Shown here: in pieces, positions 9,642 through 18,853 of the stretch | Layout: the number at the start of each line of letters is the position of its first letter | Numbering within the stretch: the first letter of the stretch is position 1 | Assembly: GCA_031413715.1 (NCBI GenBank) | Contig: JANOFO010000009.1 | Coordinates: forward strand, 2,718 to 66,717 | Length of the DNA: 64,000 bases | Origin: Minisyncoccota bacterium | Lineage (GTDB): Bacteria > Patescibacteriota > Minisyncoccia > Phycocordibacterales > UBA9973 | Direction: 5' to 3' | Notes under the pieces: model-generated | Told to the model about the DNA's origin: nothing | Database searches by the model: none | Seen by the model: the letters and a program-made list of their open reading frames with translations, nothing else | Program-made: the position numbers and the translations under genes

Positions 9642-10097
9642 ATGAAAAATATTCAGAATGTCAAACAATTCTTTGTCTTTAATAAGAAAGTTCCTATTGA
9701 TAGCATCGACCTTATCAAAGAAGAGGCAATCGGGAGGATTGTTCTTGTTGCTTCGGCAACAAACAACCATCCGGAAATGAAAAAACCCTTAGCAACCGAA
9801 ATAGCATCAATAATTGGAGAACTCGAAAAGGGCCTGGGTGTTGTCGCTCTTAAATCCAATTCTCTGTATTCAGGCTCAGCACAAAACAATAATACTCCGG
9901 CATTTGAATTTATCAAGGAAGCTGCGAAGAAAGCAGATACTCTTGTGATAAACACAAATTCAATTCTTATTCCAGGAGTGAAAGAGCTCATTCAGAAAGC
10001 TACAGGAATTATGCTGATTTCTACTGAAGTATTGTATGCTGGACAAATGCTGCATATTGATAATGTGCAAAAGACCTTTTGTGTTTATTTTAAATAA
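9642..10097 (+). CDS. Hypothetical protein
   Basis: 151-aa ORF in a consistent coding frame. No motif recognised. Confidence 0.5.
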   Translation: MKNIQNVKQFFVFNKKVPIDSIDLIKEEAIGRIVLVASATNNHPEMKKPLATEIASIIGELEKGLGVVALKSNSLYSGSAQNNNTPAFEFIKEAAKKADTLVINTNSILIPGVKELIQKATGIMLISTEVLYAGQMLHIDNVQKTFCVYFK

Positions 10098-10145
10098 CCA
10101 AAGTCCCGCGGCAATTATTTGTCGCAGTTGTTTTATTTTTAGCAA

Positions 10146-10176
10146 CAAAAAACCGCTCTAGGAGCGGTTTTTGATT
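10146..10176. terminator. Bidirectional rho-independent terminator between the convergent 9642 gene and thrS
   Basis: AAAAAACCGCTC-tag-GAGCGGTTTTT: GC stem flanked by an A-run and a T-run. The thrS stop codon lies in the loop. Confidence 0.7.
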
Positions 10177-11927
10177 TCGGCGGCTATGTGAGCTTTGAAA
10201 TCTTCCAGATTCATTTCTATTTTTGTTCCATCGCGTTTTTCTATTGTAAGCACTCCAGAATCCTTTTCTTTGTCGCCATAGATTATTATATATGGAGCAT
10301 TTTCCTTTTTAGCAGCGTGAATGCGTTTACCGAGACTATCATTATAATCAAAATGTTCTATGCGTATATCATTATCTCTTAGTGCTTCTGCAAGTTTTGT
10401 TGTTCCTTCTATATGTGAGTCTTTGACAGGAATGATTGCGACTTGTATCGGGTTTAACCACGTAGGGAAGACTCCTGCGTAGTGTTCTATGAGCACTGAC
10501 ATGAATCTTTCTATCGAGCCCATGATAGCTGCGTGAATCATGACAATACGTTCTTGTTCACTCTTTTCATTAATACAAAATAGATCAAATCTCTCGGGCA
10601 TATTGGAATCAAGCTGGATCGTAGCGACCTGCCATTCTCTGCCTATAGAATCTTTGGCCATAAAGTCTATCTTTGGTCCGTAGAAAGCCGCCTCTCCAAC
10701 CGCTTCAACTGGCACCTCGCCCTTCTCTTTGACTATAGAGCGGAGCTCTTCTTCAGCATGAATCCATACATCCTCAGTTCCTAAGTATGCTGTCATATTC
10801 TTTGGATCATGGAGAGAAAGCCTAGGGATCAAAGTGAACCCGAATGTGCCGTAAAAAGTTTTCACGATATCATAGATCTTAGAAATTTCTTCCTTTACTT
10901 GAGTAGTGCGGCAGAATACATGAGCGTCATCCTGAGTGATAGATCGTACGCGAGAAAGCCCAGCAAGCTCTCCTGATTGCTCATCACGATAAACTTTTGT
11001 TGTAGAGGCATATCTCTCCGGCATCTCGCGATAGCTCCACTGTCTGCGCGCAAATATCTGAGTATGATGCGGGCAGTTCATCGGCTTCATGGCAAATTCA
11101 TGACCTTCACGCGTATTGATGCGGAAAAGATCATCCTTGAATTTATCCCAGTGACCAGATGTCTCGTATAATTCTTTCTTTGTGATATGCGGAATATCAA
11201 CGCGTTCATATCCGACCCTTTGGCGGAGCTCCCAGACGAAACCATCGAGTAGGTCTCGCATAAGAGTTCCTTTTGGAGTCCACAAGGGAAGGCCTGCTCC
11301 GACAAGATCGGAAAATGTAAAAAGATCAAGCTCTCTACCGAGCTTCTTGTGGTCTCTTTTTCTAGCCTCTTCCTGCTGATTTATATATGTATCGAGATCA
11401 TGCTTATTTTCAAATGCGAGTCCATAAATGCGAGTGAGCATTTTATTCTTCTCATCTCCTCGCCAGTATGCGCCAGCGACTCGTTCAAGCTTGAATGAAT
11501 CAGACTTGATCTCATCTCTAGGATTCTCTACGTGTCCGCCACGACAAAGGTCTGTGAATGATCCTGAAGTATATAAGGTGATTTCTTCTCCTTTTTCCAC
11601 AATTCCATTTATAAGCTCCTCTTTATATTCGTTACCAGCGAACATCTTCCTAGCATCACCCTCGTTCGTCACTTTCTTTTCAAATCCAGACCAGGTTGGT
11701 AGAAGCTCTCGCATTTTTGCTTCTATTTTCTCAAGATCGCTATCGGCAATTTTGCCATTTATGTCTATATCGTAGTAGAAGCCGTTATCTACAGCAGGAC
11801 CGAGAGTGAGTTTGGACCCCGGATAAAGTTCCATGACTGATGCCCCCAAAAGGTGGGCTAGGGAGTGGCGAATATGCGCCAAATGTTCATTGTTTTCCAT
11901 AGTAAGCCCATCATAGCATATTTGCAT
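10158..11927 (-). CDS. thrS: Threonyl-tRNA synthetase (lacks N-terminal TGS domain)
   Basis: 589 aa. HxxxH editing-domain motif (HIRHSLAHLL) and class II aaRS core. An alternative start MENNEH would end the gene at 11900. Confidence 0.9.
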   Translation of the reverse strand: MQICYDGLTMENNEHLAHIRHSLAHLLGASVMELYPGSKLTLGPAVDNGFYYDIDINGKIADSDLEKIEAKMRELLPTWSGFEKKVTNEGDARKMFAGNEYKEELINGIVEKGEEITLYTSGSFTDLCRGGHVENPRDEIKSDSFKLERVAGAYWRGDEKNKMLTRIYGLAFENKHDLDTYINQQEEARKRDHKKLGRELDLFTFSDLVGAGLPLWTPKGTLMRDLLDGFVWELRQRVGYERVDIPHITKKELYETSGHWDKFKDDLFRINTREGHEFAMKPMNCPHHTQIFARRQWSYREMPERYASTTKVYRDEQSGELAGLSRVRSITQDDAHVFCRTTQVKEEISKIYDIVKTFYGTFGFTLIPRLSLHDPKNMTAYLGTEDVWIHAEEELRSIVKEKGEVPVEAVGEAAFYGPKIDFMAKDSIGREWQVATIQLDSNMPERFDLFCINEKSEQERIVMIHAAIMGSIERFMSVLIEHYAGVFPTWLNPIQVAIIPVKDSHIEGTTKLAEALRDNDIRIEHFDYNDSLGKRIHAAKKENAPYIIIYGDKEKDSGVLTIEKRDGTKIEMNLEDFKAHIAAEIKNRS

Positions 11928-11955
11928 TTTAGGAGAAAATAAGTATACTACCTAT

Positions 11956-12174
11956 ATGGTTATACGAATGCGACATACACGTTCCCATACTGGGAACCGC
12001 CGATCACACCACGCTTTAAAGGGTAAGACTTTTGGAGTTTGTTCCAACTGTCAGAAGCCTAAAGAGACTCATGTAATGTGCACACACTGTGGATTTTACC
12101 GGGGACGCAAAGTTATCGATGTGGTTAAGAAAGTAGAAAAGAAGCAGGCTAAGAAAAAAGCTAAGAAGAGTTAG
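11956..12174 (+). CDS. rpmF: 50S ribosomal protein L32
   Basis: 72 aa, MRHTRSHTGNRRSHHAL... with Cys cluster CSNC...CTHCG, K-rich tail. Confidence 0.85.
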   Translation: MVIRMRHTRSHTGNRRSHHALKGKTFGVCSNCQKPKETHVMCTHCGFYRGRKVIDVVKKVEKKQAKKKAKKS

Positions 12175-12248
12175 TTTTTAGGTGATAGGTTCTAGGTTAT
12201 AGTTCTCTACTACAACCTGTAACCTACAACCTATTCGCTCATTTATTT

Positions 12249-13157
12249 ATGGCAAACCGGCACCTTTCACGTTCAATTGTTCTTCAGACACTCTTTGAGT
12301 GGGATTTTGCTGTTGAAAAAGACATTACCCCGAAGGAGATGCTCGACAAGAATATTTTAGAATTCGGCCCTGGGCTTGACGACGCATCTTTCATGTCCGA
12401 GCTCATGCAGGGCGTCGTAAAGAAGCAGGCTATTATCGATGAGATCATAGAAAAAGCTGCGCCTGATTGGCCGATTGACAAAATATCAATCGTTGACCGC
12501 AATATTCTCCGTATGGGGCTCTACGAGCTTCTCTTTGGTGATCGAACCCAAGTTCCACCGAAAGTAGCTATCAATGAAGCTATAGAACTTGCAAAGAGTT
12601 TTGGTGGAGAAAATTCCAGCAAATTTATAAACGGCGTACTAGGAGGAGTATATAAAGAAATCGGTGAACCAGGCAAAGATGATGTTAGCAAAAAGAAGAA
12701 AGCTCTCCAATTCGAGACCGACCCTGCAAAATTTCCAATTGAGAAAAAAGCTGGCGCTGTTATATACGCAGAACATGAAAGCAGTATTTACTTTGCCTTC
12801 GTCCATGACGTTTTTGGTTACTGGACGCTTTCAAAAGGGGGAGTTGAAGAAGGTGAAGATGTCAAAGCGGGAGCAATAAGAGAGATTAAAGAAGAGCTTG
12901 GAATTGAAATAAATATAAAAGAAATCCTTGGTGAGAATGAGTACATTGCTTCTCATCCAGAAAAAGGAAAAATTCGCAAACAAGTTACATTTTTTTTGGC
13001 TGAAACTGTGTATGGTGATCTTGCACTCCACAATAAATCAGGTGGACTCGATGATGCAAAATGGTTCCCGCTTGAAGAAATCGCGAGCCTAAAGATGTAT
13101 GACAATATGATCCCGCTTCTGACGAAAGCGATTGAAATTTTAACAACAAAGAATTAG
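12249..13157 (+). CDS. nusB: NusB antitermination factor fused to a C-terminal Nudix hydrolase domain
   Basis: The N-terminal ~140 aa look NusB-like (RSIVLQTLFEWDF...). The C-terminal domain has a perfect Nudix box GGVEEGEDVKAGAIREIKEELGI (Gx5Ex7REUxEExGU). Confidence 0.8.
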   Translation: MANRHLSRSIVLQTLFEWDFAVEKDITPKEMLDKNILEFGPGLDDASFMSELMQGVVKKQAIIDEIIEKAAPDWPIDKISIVDRNILRMGLYELLFGDRTQVPPKVAINEAIELAKSFGGENSSKFINGVLGGVYKEIGEPGKDDVSKKKKALQFETDPAKFPIEKKAGAVIYAEHESSIYFAFVHDVFGYWTLSKGGVEEGEDVKAGAIREIKEELGIEINIKEILGENEYIASHPEKGKIRKQVTFFLAETVYGDLALHNKSGGLDDAKWFPLEEIASLKMYDNMIPLLTKAIEILTTKN

Positions 13158-13222
13158 TTCCTAGTTGTTATGTCCTAGTCAAAATACTAGTCCCTAGCAA
13201 CTATAACCTATAACCTAATCCT

Positions 13223-13918
13223 ATGTCCGACCTGTCCTTATTTGAGAAAAAGACCAATCTAATATTTAAAGATAAAAAGCTTCTGGAACAAGCTTTTATT
13301 CACCGTTCATATATTAATGAGAACACTGGCTCCAATTTCTCTCACAACGAACGCTTGGAGTTTTTAGGGGATGCGGTTCTTGAGCTTATTGTTACCGATT
13401 ATTTGTATAATAAATATCCTGATCGCGATGAAGGAGAGCTGACAGCGTATCGATCAGCACTCGTAAATGCTGTGATAATCGGTCAGGTAGCGCTTGAGCT
13501 CGGTATGAATGATTATTTATTGCTTTCAAAAGGAGAAGCTAAAGATATCGGTAAGGCTCGCAGTTATATTCTCGCTAATACCTATGAAGCATATGTTGGT
13601 GCTGTCTATTTAGATTTGGGATATGATTCGGCTCAGTCTTTTATCTCTAAAACTCTTTTCGGAAAGATTGATACAATAGTTGCCAAGAAACTCTGGCGCG
13701 ATGCTAAAAGCCTGGTTCAGGAGAAGTCGCAAGAATATCTTAATGTGACTCCAGTCTACAAAGTTTTAGCTGAAGCCGGTCCTGACCATGACAAGCATTT
13801 TACTATCGGAGTATTTTTCGGGGATGAGAAAATAGCAGAAGGTAAAGGCAAGTCCAAACAGGAAGCTGAACAATCTGCTGCCAAACTCGCATTAGAAGTT
13901 AAAGATTGGCTCGATTAA
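13223..13918 (+). CDS. rnc: Ribonuclease III
   Basis: 231 aa. RNase III signature ERLEFLGDAVLEL, C-terminal dsRBD. Confidence 0.92.
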   Translation: MSDLSLFEKKTNLIFKDKKLLEQAFIHRSYINENTGSNFSHNERLEFLGDAVLELIVTDYLYNKYPDRDEGELTAYRSALVNAVIIGQVALELGMNDYLLLSKGEAKDIGKARSYILANTYEAYVGAVYLDLGYDSAQSFISKTLFGKIDTIVAKKLWRDAKSLVQEKSQEYLNVTPVYKVLAEAGPDHDKHFTIGVFFGDEKIAEGKGKSKQEAEQSAAKLALEVKDWLD

Positions 13919-13923
13919 ATTCT

Positions 13924-13944
13924 GCCACAAGTCCGACTTGTGGC
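13924..13944. repeat. Palindromic element GCCACAAGTCCGACTTGTGGC (copy 1 of 2)
   Basis: Perfect 8-bp arms. The same element with similar flanks occurs in inverted orientation at 59388..59408. Confidence 0.8.
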
Positions 13945-13955
13945 TCAGTATTATT

Positions 13956-16217
13956 ATGACACTAAAATCTATAGAACTCTCCGGATTTAAATCATTTGGC
14001 AAGAAAAGCCTAGTCTCATTTACGACTCCTATTACCGCTATTGTCGGGCCAAATGGTTCCGGCAAGTCAAATATTGTTGAAGCAATCCGCTTCGTGCTCG
14101 GTGAACAATCTATGAAATCGCTCCGTGGTAAAGGAGGAGTCGATCTTATCTTCAAAGGCTCGAAAGCTATGTCGTCGGCGAACCGTGCCTTGGTGACCAT
14201 TACATTTGATAACAGCAAGAAGATTTTCTCATTTTCAAATAGCGGTCTCGGTGTCTCGCTCGACTATGATGAGATCACGATTTCTCGTGAAGTATTTTCT
14301 GATGGGGCAAACACATATAGTATCAACTCAAGCGAAGTACGACTCAAAGATGTGATAGATCTGCTTTCGTCGGTCAATATAGGTAGTTCAGGACACCATA
14401 TCATATCGCAGGGCGAATCCGATCGTGTGCTAAATGCTTCCAATAAAGACCGTCGGGCTATGATCGAAGACGCGCTCGGGCTTAAAATTTATCAATATCG
14501 TATACGAGAAGCAGAACGCAAACTTGATAAAACTATCCTCAATGTCAAAGAAGTGCAGGCCTCTCGTCGCGAGATCGCCCCGCATTTGGCATTCCTCAAA
14601 AAGCAGGTACAGATAGTAGAGAAAGCTCACGCAATGCGCGAAGAGTTAAGAGATTTATACAAAACTTATTTAGGCGCTGAATCGACATATATACATAAAG
14701 AGACAGAAAGACTTCGTGGTCTTAAGCATACACTTGATAAAGATATGCAATCGTTCGAAGAAGGCATCCATGGCTTACAGAAAGATAAAAATGAAATAGC
14801 AGGTGAAAGTGTGCATGGAAACGAAATAAAAGAACTTGAAACCAAGCTCTCCTTAGTACGGAAAGAAAAAGATGAACTTACTCGTAAGCTCGGCCGAATC
14901 GAAGGGATACTCGAGAGTTTAGAAAGAGAACTTAATCGAGCCCAAGATGTGAATGAAAAAGTAATTCCTGAGAAAGAATGGAGGGGACTAATTGCTGATT
15001 TGAAGGAAAAAATCAGCGAAGCTCTCAGGTCTCAAGATTTGCCAGAAGTCGCTCAAATCCTCAGGGCAATAAAGGAGCGTATCGATACATTAGATACAGA
15101 AAATGCGGGACAGCCGAAGGAAACCGATCCAAAGATTCACAAAGAATATGAAGAAATGAAAACTGTCCGCAGTGAGATTGTATCTAATGTAGAAGAATTA
15201 GAGAGACAAGAACAATCAGTCTTGGCAGAGATTACATCACTCCGAGAGAAAGAACACGATAGAGATCTGCAGATTCGCGACAGCGAGCGAGTTTTATATG
15301 AAGCTCTTGGTAAAAAGAGCGAAGTTACCGCAAGCTTACAAGCAGTGCATTTTGAAGAAGAAAAACTTGCTCTCATAAAAAATGCTTTTTCCATGGAAGT
15401 TGAAGAAGCAAGCGTACTTATAGGTCCTGAAATAGGAAGATATGTGGAAGAAACGGCAGCTAGTGATGTCCTACGATCTTCACAAGAAGAACTAAGAAAG
15501 AAAATTGAGCGCATCAAGATCAAGCTTGAAGATGTCGGTTCTGGTGGCGGAGCTGATGTGCTTAAAGAATATAAAGATACAGAAGAGCGTGATCTCTTCC
15601 TTGGCAAAGAAATAAGCGACTTACACAAAGGTGTCGAAGATTGTCGATCGCTCATACAAGACTTGAAAGAAACGCTTGATTCGGAATTCAAGCGTGGAGT
15701 TGAGAAAATAAACAAGCAGTTCCATGACTTTTTTGTCCTCATGTTCGGAGGAGGTTCTGCATTCTTGTCAGTGGTGATGGAACACAAAAAGGGAAGAAGG
15801 GGAGCAAATGAAGATGACGAGGAGATGGAAGAAGAAAAAGATGAAGATGAACTTGGTTTTGAGCGGGGAATAGAGATAAATGTATCTCTTCCGCACAAAA
15901 AAGTAAAAGACTTGCACATGCTATCTGGCGGTGAACGATCGCTTGCATCTATCGCGCTCCTCTTTGCTATTTCGCAAGTGAATCCTCCGCCATTCTTAGT
16001 CCTCGATGAGACCGATGCTGCGCTTGATGAAGCGAACTCTCGTAAGTATGGAAATATGCTCGAAAACCTTTCTAAATACTCGCAACTCATTGTCGTTACC
16101 CACAATCGTGAGACTATGTCTCGCGCAAATGTGCTCTATGGGGTCACAATGGACTCATCCGGTGCTTCCAAGCTTCTCTCCATTCACCTCGAAGACGCAA
16201 GTATATATGCAAAATAG
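13956..16217 (+). CDS. smc: SMC-family chromosome-segregation ATPase (short form, ~754 aa)
   Basis: N-terminal MTLKSIELSGFKSF...GPNGSGKSN Walker A. Long coiled coils. C-terminal signature LSGGERSLASIALLFAI and Walker B VLDETDAALD. Acidic insert EDDEEMEEEKDEDE. Start chosen at the Met that matches the SMC N-terminus. Confidence 0.8.
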   Translation: MTLKSIELSGFKSFGKKSLVSFTTPITAIVGPNGSGKSNIVEAIRFVLGEQSMKSLRGKGGVDLIFKGSKAMSSANRALVTITFDNSKKIFSFSNSGLGVSLDYDEITISREVFSDGANTYSINSSEVRLKDVIDLLSSVNIGSSGHHIISQGESDRVLNASNKDRRAMIEDALGLKIYQYRIREAERKLDKTILNVKEVQASRREIAPHLAFLKKQVQIVEKAHAMREELRDLYKTYLGAESTYIHKETERLRGLKHTLDKDMQSFEEGIHGLQKDKNEIAGESVHGNEIKELETKLSLVRKEKDELTRKLGRIEGILESLERELNRAQDVNEKVIPEKEWRGLIADLKEKISEALRSQDLPEVAQILRAIKERIDTLDTENAGQPKETDPKIHKEYEEMKTVRSEIVSNVEELERQEQSVLAEITSLREKEHDRDLQIRDSERVLYEALGKKSEVTASLQAVHFEEEKLALIKNAFSMEVEEASVLIGPEIGRYVEETAASDVLRSSQEELRKKIERIKIKLEDVGSGGGADVLKEYKDTEERDLFLGKEISDLHKGVEDCRSLIQDLKETLDSEFKRGVEKINKQFHDFFVLMFGGGSAFLSVVMEHKKGRRGANEDDEEMEEEKDEDELGFERGIEINVSLPHKKVKDLHMLSGGERSLASIALLFAISQVNPPPFLVLDETDAALDEANSRKYGNMLENLSKYSQLIVVTHNRETMSRANVLYGVTMDSSGASKLLSIHLEDASIYAK

Positions 16218-16241
16218 CCTTTAATATAAAGACATTATAAA

Positions 16242-16288
16242 ACACCCTCTGTCAATAGTCCTATTGACAGAGGGTGTTTTATTTGCTA
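16242..16288 (+). terminator. Rho-independent terminator after smc (18-bp perfect stem)
   Basis: AACACCCTCTGTCAATAG-tc-CTATTGACAGAGGGTGTT followed by TTTATTT. Confidence 0.8.
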
Positions 16289-16422
16289 TAATATGAAGAA
16301 TAGTGCGTTCTTTGACAATGACGGGTTAAATATTGAGGAGCAAAATCTTTTTTTGTAGTGCACGCAATGTGCATTCGAAGAAAGGTTAGCTTCTTAATTT
16401 TTTTAACTTTAAAAACAGTAAA

Positions 16423-17550
16423 ATGTTAAACAAAAAAGCAAAGAGAGCCGTAACGGCTCCAACGACACCAACCATTCCTTTAAAAAGGAGCCAGGTTGAA
16501 GAAGTTTTTTCGGGACAAAAGAAGGCGATTAATGATAATATCTACCTTCACCTGAAAGAAGTTGATGAGCTCAAAAAACCATTACCGGCAATGAGCCAAG
16601 AACTTTACAAAACCAGAGAGTATTCATTGAAAAGAGGGTACAAATTTATCCTTACAATAATAGTCTTACTGGTTGTTTCAGGATTAGAGATTCCATTGAA
16701 TGCAACCGGGCTTGAAATGCTTGGAAGACCGCAGACCACAACCACTATTATGGCTTTGGGATTAGCTTGCGCATTAGGCTTACTGGCCGAAGGTGCAGGG
16801 TTTTCTTTCAGAAGAGCCGTAGCAAGGGGAAGTTTTCTGGGAGTCATAGGTGCATTATTCTGCGCAGGTGTAGCCCTCACTATTATTTACTGGCTTTCAG
16901 AGTTTCGTGTAGACTACTTTATAAGGATGAAGTATAAGAAGGAAGATATCAGTCTCACGGGACAAGTTGTATTTTCCATTGCTGTCTGGTGTGCAGGCGT
17001 TATTGGAGTTTATTTTTTAACCAGCGGGGTTAAAAATCTCCACATGGAGAAAGTTTTTAACAGTAAACGTAAATCGATCAGGCAACTGCATAAAAAAATT
17101 GATTTACTGAAAGCTGAGAAAAACATTCTTAAAGATCAGCACCCAAAAAATTTGGTGGCCGCTGAGGCCTATGAAGCCAACATTCAGCATGAAAAACAAA
17201 GAGCCGAGAATTTGAAAAATGAATTGGCTGCGCTGACAATTAAACAAAATGAAGATAATCTAAAGCAAAAATCGGAAGAAGAAAAAGTTAGAACCGGATT
17301 GCAAAAAGATGCATTTTATGGCAAATATAAGGCTTTACTGGCTATAAAAGGCCGGGTAGAGAAAATTGCAGCCGAAAATGAAGACAAAAGTGAGTTAAGC
17401 GTTAATGAAGATTACGTATCATCTATGTCTTCAGCCGAAACCCTCGTTGAAGAAATGAAAGAGTTAGTCTCAGATGAAATCCCTGAAACAGGGAAAGATT
17501 TCCAGAACGCTAAAACTATTCTTAACGATTTAAAAAACCTGGCAGCATGA
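16423..17550 (+). CDS. Hypothetical membrane protein (about 4 TM helices) with long C-terminal coiled coil
   Basis: 375-aa ORF. Hydrophobic helices at residues ~70-200, then a K/E-rich heptad-like region. No motif recognised. Confidence 0.6.
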   Translation: MLNKKAKRAVTAPTTPTIPLKRSQVEEVFSGQKKAINDNIYLHLKEVDELKKPLPAMSQELYKTREYSLKRGYKFILTIIVLLVVSGLEIPLNATGLEMLGRPQTTTTIMALGLACALGLLAEGAGFSFRRAVARGSFLGVIGALFCAGVALTIIYWLSEFRVDYFIRMKYKKEDISLTGQVVFSIAVWCAGVIGVYFLTSGVKNLHMEKVFNSKRKSIRQLHKKIDLLKAEKNILKDQHPKNLVAAEAYEANIQHEKQRAENLKNELAALTIKQNEDNLKQKSEEEKVRTGLQKDAFYGKYKALLAIKGRVEKIAAENEDKSELSVNEDYVSSMSSAETLVEEMKELVSDEIPETGKDFQNAKTILNDLKNLAA

Positions 17551-18251
17551 AAAGTTCAATCCTCACAGTAATGATAGCTGTATCAGCTATCTTACTCTCT
17601 TGTGGCGCAAAAACACCCAAGAAAAAAAACGATGTTTATATACTGGTAGATAACACCGAAAAAGTGGCGTACAAAAATGATATGGTAGCAACTCAGGCTA
17701 TTTTAGGCCTGGTTGGCAACCGTGGCACCGTCACTTTTAAGGCCCTGACAGGGGTCTCAATAAATGCTGAGGCAGAAGCTTCAGTATTGGTGGATGGATC
17801 AACAAGTGTTCTGAGACAGGATCAAATTGATCCATTTGTTGAAAAATTGGACTCACTAAAGAAGAAGTATTTTGGTGTAATAACTGAATATAAAACTTCA
17901 AGCTTATGGGTTCCAATTTGCCAGGCTATAAAAAAGCTGAATAATTCAATATTGTCTGATCCAAATTCGGCCGGTACAAAGACGCTGATAATAATGTCAG
18001 ACATGTTGGAAAATTCGGAGTATGGAAATTTTTACAAAGATATTCCATACGAAACGGTAAAAAAAGGTTTAGAAGTATCAGGAGATACTTTGCCGAAAAA
18101 TTGTAAAGTAAAAGTCGTTGTTGTGTTCAATCCTGAACAAAGTATAGAAAAAGAGAAGAAGCATAAGAAAGCCATGAAATACTGGCACAAATTCTTCGAA
18201 GAGTCAGGAATTGAATATGAAGTAACAGCCAAAATGGGCGAAAAACTGTAA
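17547..18251 (+). CDS. Hypothetical lipoprotein
   Basis: 234 aa. Signal peptide with lipobox-like LLSCG. 4-nt overlap with the upstream gene. Confidence 0.55.
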   Translation: MKSSILTVMIAVSAILLSCGAKTPKKKNDVYILVDNTEKVAYKNDMVATQAILGLVGNRGTVTFKALTGVSINAEAEASVLVDGSTSVLRQDQIDPFVEKLDSLKKKYFGVITEYKTSSLWVPICQAIKKLNNSILSDPNSAGTKTLIIMSDMLENSEYGNFYKDIPYETVKKGLEVSGDTLPKNCKVKVVVVFNPEQSIEKEKKHKKAMKYWHKFFEESGIEYEVTAKMGEKL

Positions 18252-18254
18252 TGT

Positions 18255-18755
18255 ATGCCAAACCAAGCAGGCGAAGCGCTAGGACAGTTAAAAGGCTACA
18301 TTCCACAGCTCGTATTGGTTAAAACCATGCTTCAGCAGATGGTGAAAAGATTTTCTCCAATTAGTTACTATAAAAAGTTTATTTATGGCAAAAATCCACC
18401 GAGCCTAATTCCCATTGAGGCGATTGAAGAGTTCTGGACTGGTTTAAGTTCTGCCCAAAAGTCCCTACTTGAATTTAGGAGTTTATTTAATGAAAATGAT
18501 CTTCCTGAAAACATTAGGCCAACTTTTGTGAGTATTTCTGTAGACCTCTTACAAAACAAGTTCGATCTCGATAACGAAGTTGTGAAGATTGGAGGTATCG
18601 GCGGTGCATGGTGGAAGGATGTTCCATATGTCTTAAAAAACTGGAATCCGATGAAATATAAGGTAAAAGTAATGTACTCGCAAGAGGCTTACGAAAATAT
18701 ATCTTATTATTTCAAGCTGATAGGCCTTATTGAAGGATTAGAAGCAAAGATGTAA
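18255..18755 (+). CDS. Hypothetical protein
   Basis: 166-aa ORF, 3 nt after the previous stop. No motif recognised. Confidence 0.5.
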   Translation: MPNQAGEALGQLKGYIPQLVLVKTMLQQMVKRFSPISYYKKFIYGKNPPSLIPIEAIEEFWTGLSSAQKSLLEFRSLFNENDLPENIRPTFVSISVDLLQNKFDLDNEVVKIGGIGGAWWKDVPYVLKNWNPMKYKVKVMYSQEAYENISYYFKLIGLIEGLEAKM

Positions 18756-18785
18756 CTTTACTGTTTTACCGTCATTGAAAATAAC

Positions 18786-18830
18786 ACAACAACCCGTGAG
18801 CTTATTTATAAGTCTCCGGGTTGTTTTTCT
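18786..18830 (+). terminator. Rho-independent terminator closing the 16423-18755 module
   Basis: ACAACCCG...CGGGTTGT stem followed by TTTTT. Confidence 0.6.
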
Positions 18831-18853
18831 ATTCAGCAAGCTCATCTTTCGCC

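Noticed and set aside
15137-16105. 322-aa Ser-rich ORF on the minus strand
   Set aside because: It lies antisense within the smc coiled-coil/acidic region. The sense strand carries unmistakable SMC motifs, and the antisense frame is a low-complexity artefact.
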